64,000 nucleotides of DNA from the NCBI RefSeq assembly GCF_009834535.1, contig NC_045698.1, forward strand, positions 6,388,001 to 6,452,000, given 5' to 3'. Both the position numbers and the translations under genes were made by a program. Shown here piece after piece: positions 61,801 to 64,000 of the stretch. The notes beneath the pieces were generated by a model, which worked only from the letters and a program-made list of their open reading frames with translations, had not been told where the DNA came from and did not search any database. The stretch is from Camelus ferus (lineage: Eukaryota). Numbering within the stretch: the stretch's first letter is position 1; each line of letters begins with the position of its first letter.

Positions 61801-62389
61801 GAGGCCACCGAAGAAGCCCGAATAAGGCAGAATCAGGTACAGAAGTGAACAAGATGCATGGGTACAGATACGGCACCATTCAGAGGGAGGAAACGCCAAA
61901 GGGTTCAGTGCTCAGGATGGAAAGTCTTGAGTTTGTTCTCTGAGGTCAGAGCGAGGTGCTCCACTTCAAATGGCAGTCGTGGTATGCAAAGTATTCTGTT
62001 GTTCAGAAAAGAAGCTGGGTTGGAGGTAAAGACAAAACATGGTTTATTTTGAGCCTTAAATTGTCTTTGCTTGCTAACAAAGGGGATATAGTGACATGAG
62101 TGTGGCTCCGATGTTTTGATTTGGTTTTTGTTTTGTTCTTTTTTGGGAGGGAATGAAACAAGAAGTCGCCACAGCTCACACAGTCACACATCTGCATTCC
62201 ACACGGCTGGCTAGCATGCAGAGTCCACGCCCAGGTGCTGGCCGTATACCGCATAACTAAGGGTAAACCAAGAGCCCTATGTGAAGTACTCTTGTTCAGA
62301 GTGAGAGATGGTTACCAGGAACACAAAGACACATGGCTGGAGCACAGTGACATCAAGATCAAGAAAACTCAGTACAGTTTGTTCTCCCG

Positions 62390-63650
62390 AGTGTCTGTCA
62401 TAGCATTTGATTATCTAAGCATTTTGTTACAGACTTCTCAGAAGCATCAGAGGGAGCTGACCTCTCCTTATTTCTCGAACTGTCTTCTCCCCAATGTCTA
62501 CAACTCATATTGTCCAGGTTTCCTTCTTCACTCACTAGCTGCTCCTCCTCAGTCTCTTTTATCAGTTCTTCCTCTGCTGTGTTTCCTCCAAATGGTGGCA
62601 TCTGCTTGGGACTCTCATCTTGTCTCCCAACCTCTTCTTCTTGGGGGCTATGACCTGGTCCCATGATGGTAAAAACCATCAATACACTCTCCCTGAATTT
62701 CCGTCCATTGCCAGGAAATATCTATTCTTCTCTCTTGGATATATCCCTTGGGATACCCGAAGGGGGTCTCCCAGCTTAATGTATCCAAATCACCAGGCAT
62801 GATTTCCTTCAGTGTGTCCCAACTTGCTTCTCCCCATCCTCCCATATCACCACCCACTCAGCTGCTCAGGTAAAAGATATCTCAGCCCTTCTTGATTCTG
62901 CTTGTTTCCACATGGCCAACTTCCAAGCCACCAGCAAATCCTGTTGACTGTACCAAACAGAAAAAGGTCCCAGTCCATCCATTTCTCTACCAGTATCTCT
63001 TGTCTAGTCTACTACAATTTCCTAATGGGTGTTCCTCCGCCAATCTTGCCCCATTATAACCCTTTCTCTACACCTCAACAAAAAATATATTTTCAACATG
63101 AAAAGTAGCTCATCTTCGATACCTCTCAGTGGCCTGCCATTGTACTTAAAATAAAATCCAGAGTCCTCAGCCTTGCTCACAAAACCTCTTGAGATTTTAC
63201 CACCATTACTCTGACCACGTGGTGTTACCTGCCCCTTGATCACGCGGAACTAGTAACTCTGCTCTTCCTCACAGTTCTTTGGCCCACCAAGGTCATTCCC
63301 TCTGCTGGTCCTTTGGATTTGCTGGTCTTCCTTTCCAGAAATCTCTTTCCATCACCTCTTCCTGACTCCTCCTCATTCAGACATTAGCGCAAACATCACT
63401 TTCTAGGGGTGGGCTTTTCCCGACCACCTTATCTACAGGAGCCCTACAGACACTTCCGATGGTGTTACTGCATTCGCTTTTCTAAGACTTCCCTTAACTG
63501 TTAATTGAATAAGTGTTTGTCTCCAACTATAATCGAACTTCTAAAAGAAGAAAGTCCTTTTCTTCAGCTCACCACTTTACTCCCTGCACCTAGAAGTCTG
63601 ACAGCCGCAGAGGACATCCTGATAAGTAAGTGTCGAAAGAAAGAATGAAT
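62390..63650 (+). mobile_element. Long LINE-2 relic
   Basis: Pyrimidine-rich L2-like sequence (tactacaatttcctaatggg, aaaataaaatccagagtcct) ending gaaagaatgaat. Boundaries approximate. Confidence 0.65.
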
Positions 63651-63802
63651 CCAGGAGTTCAGAAAGGCACAAGGACTTTGCCTTTAGAAACTTTCTGAAC
63701 AGACAGTAACAATTTTAAGGCAAAAACCTCATCAGAGTTGTTACCAAGTGAACCTAGTTTTAAGACCACAGGTTTCAGATGAGTGTCTGGCGAATCATTT
63801 TG

Positions 63803-63850
63803 CATTGTACAGATGTGCAAGATGAACCCATCTTGCACATCTGTACAATG
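63803..63850. repeat. Perfect 22-bp inverted repeat, 4-nt loop, inside a MIR
   Basis: CATTGTACAGATGTGCAAGATG-AACC-CATCTTGCACATCTGTACAATG; the arms are exact reverse complements. Confidence 0.95.
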
Positions 63851-64000
63851 GGGATAAGAATCCTTGTTTTTCTTGTGTCATCAGATTGTTGTAAGATATA
63901 AAGAGATGGGTGCGGAAGCTTTCTAGCAGCTCTAGGGCAAAGTCAGTCAGTGGCTGGGCTGGGATCTTCTGTTGTCATCGGCACTGGAAAGCTTATGCTC

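Noticed and set aside
1..64000. CRISPR arrays, operons, rRNA, snRNA/snoRNA or intact retroelement ORFs
   Set aside because: None seen. This is spliced mammalian gene sequence with only truncated or decayed elements. Small ncRNAs cannot be fully excluded without an Rfam/Infernal scan.

Overview
This window is mammalian genomic DNA: a 64-kb internal slice of SEMA5A (semaphorin 5A) on the minus strand. Six coding exons (63+99+214+286+136+205 = 1003 nt) have canonical GT-AG boundaries and matching phases, and splice into one uninterrupted Sema-domain frame (AVEWECD...HIIYLAT). They correspond to exons 6-11 in human numbering as I recall it; the start and stop codons lie outside the window. The introns carry ordinary eutherian repeats (L1, L2, MIR, MaLR/ERV LTRs, hAT MITEs) and a tRNA-derived SINE resembling camelid vic-1, so the source is probably a camelid (inference). 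Almost all ORF-track entries are spurious. I found no demonstrable new biological system. The best leads are: (1) an orphan intronic CpG island with NRF1- and ZNF143-like motifs that appears to overlie an old L2 and sits next to a MITE-derived splice donor; (2) a 627-nt three-exon block that would form a stop-free circular ORF and is flanked by inverted L1s; (3) an unidentified CCAAT-rich insert inside an MLT1D LTR; (4) a perfect 22-bp hairpin inside a MIR. Repeat family names are recalled from consensus sequences and need RepeatMasker/Dfam confirmation.
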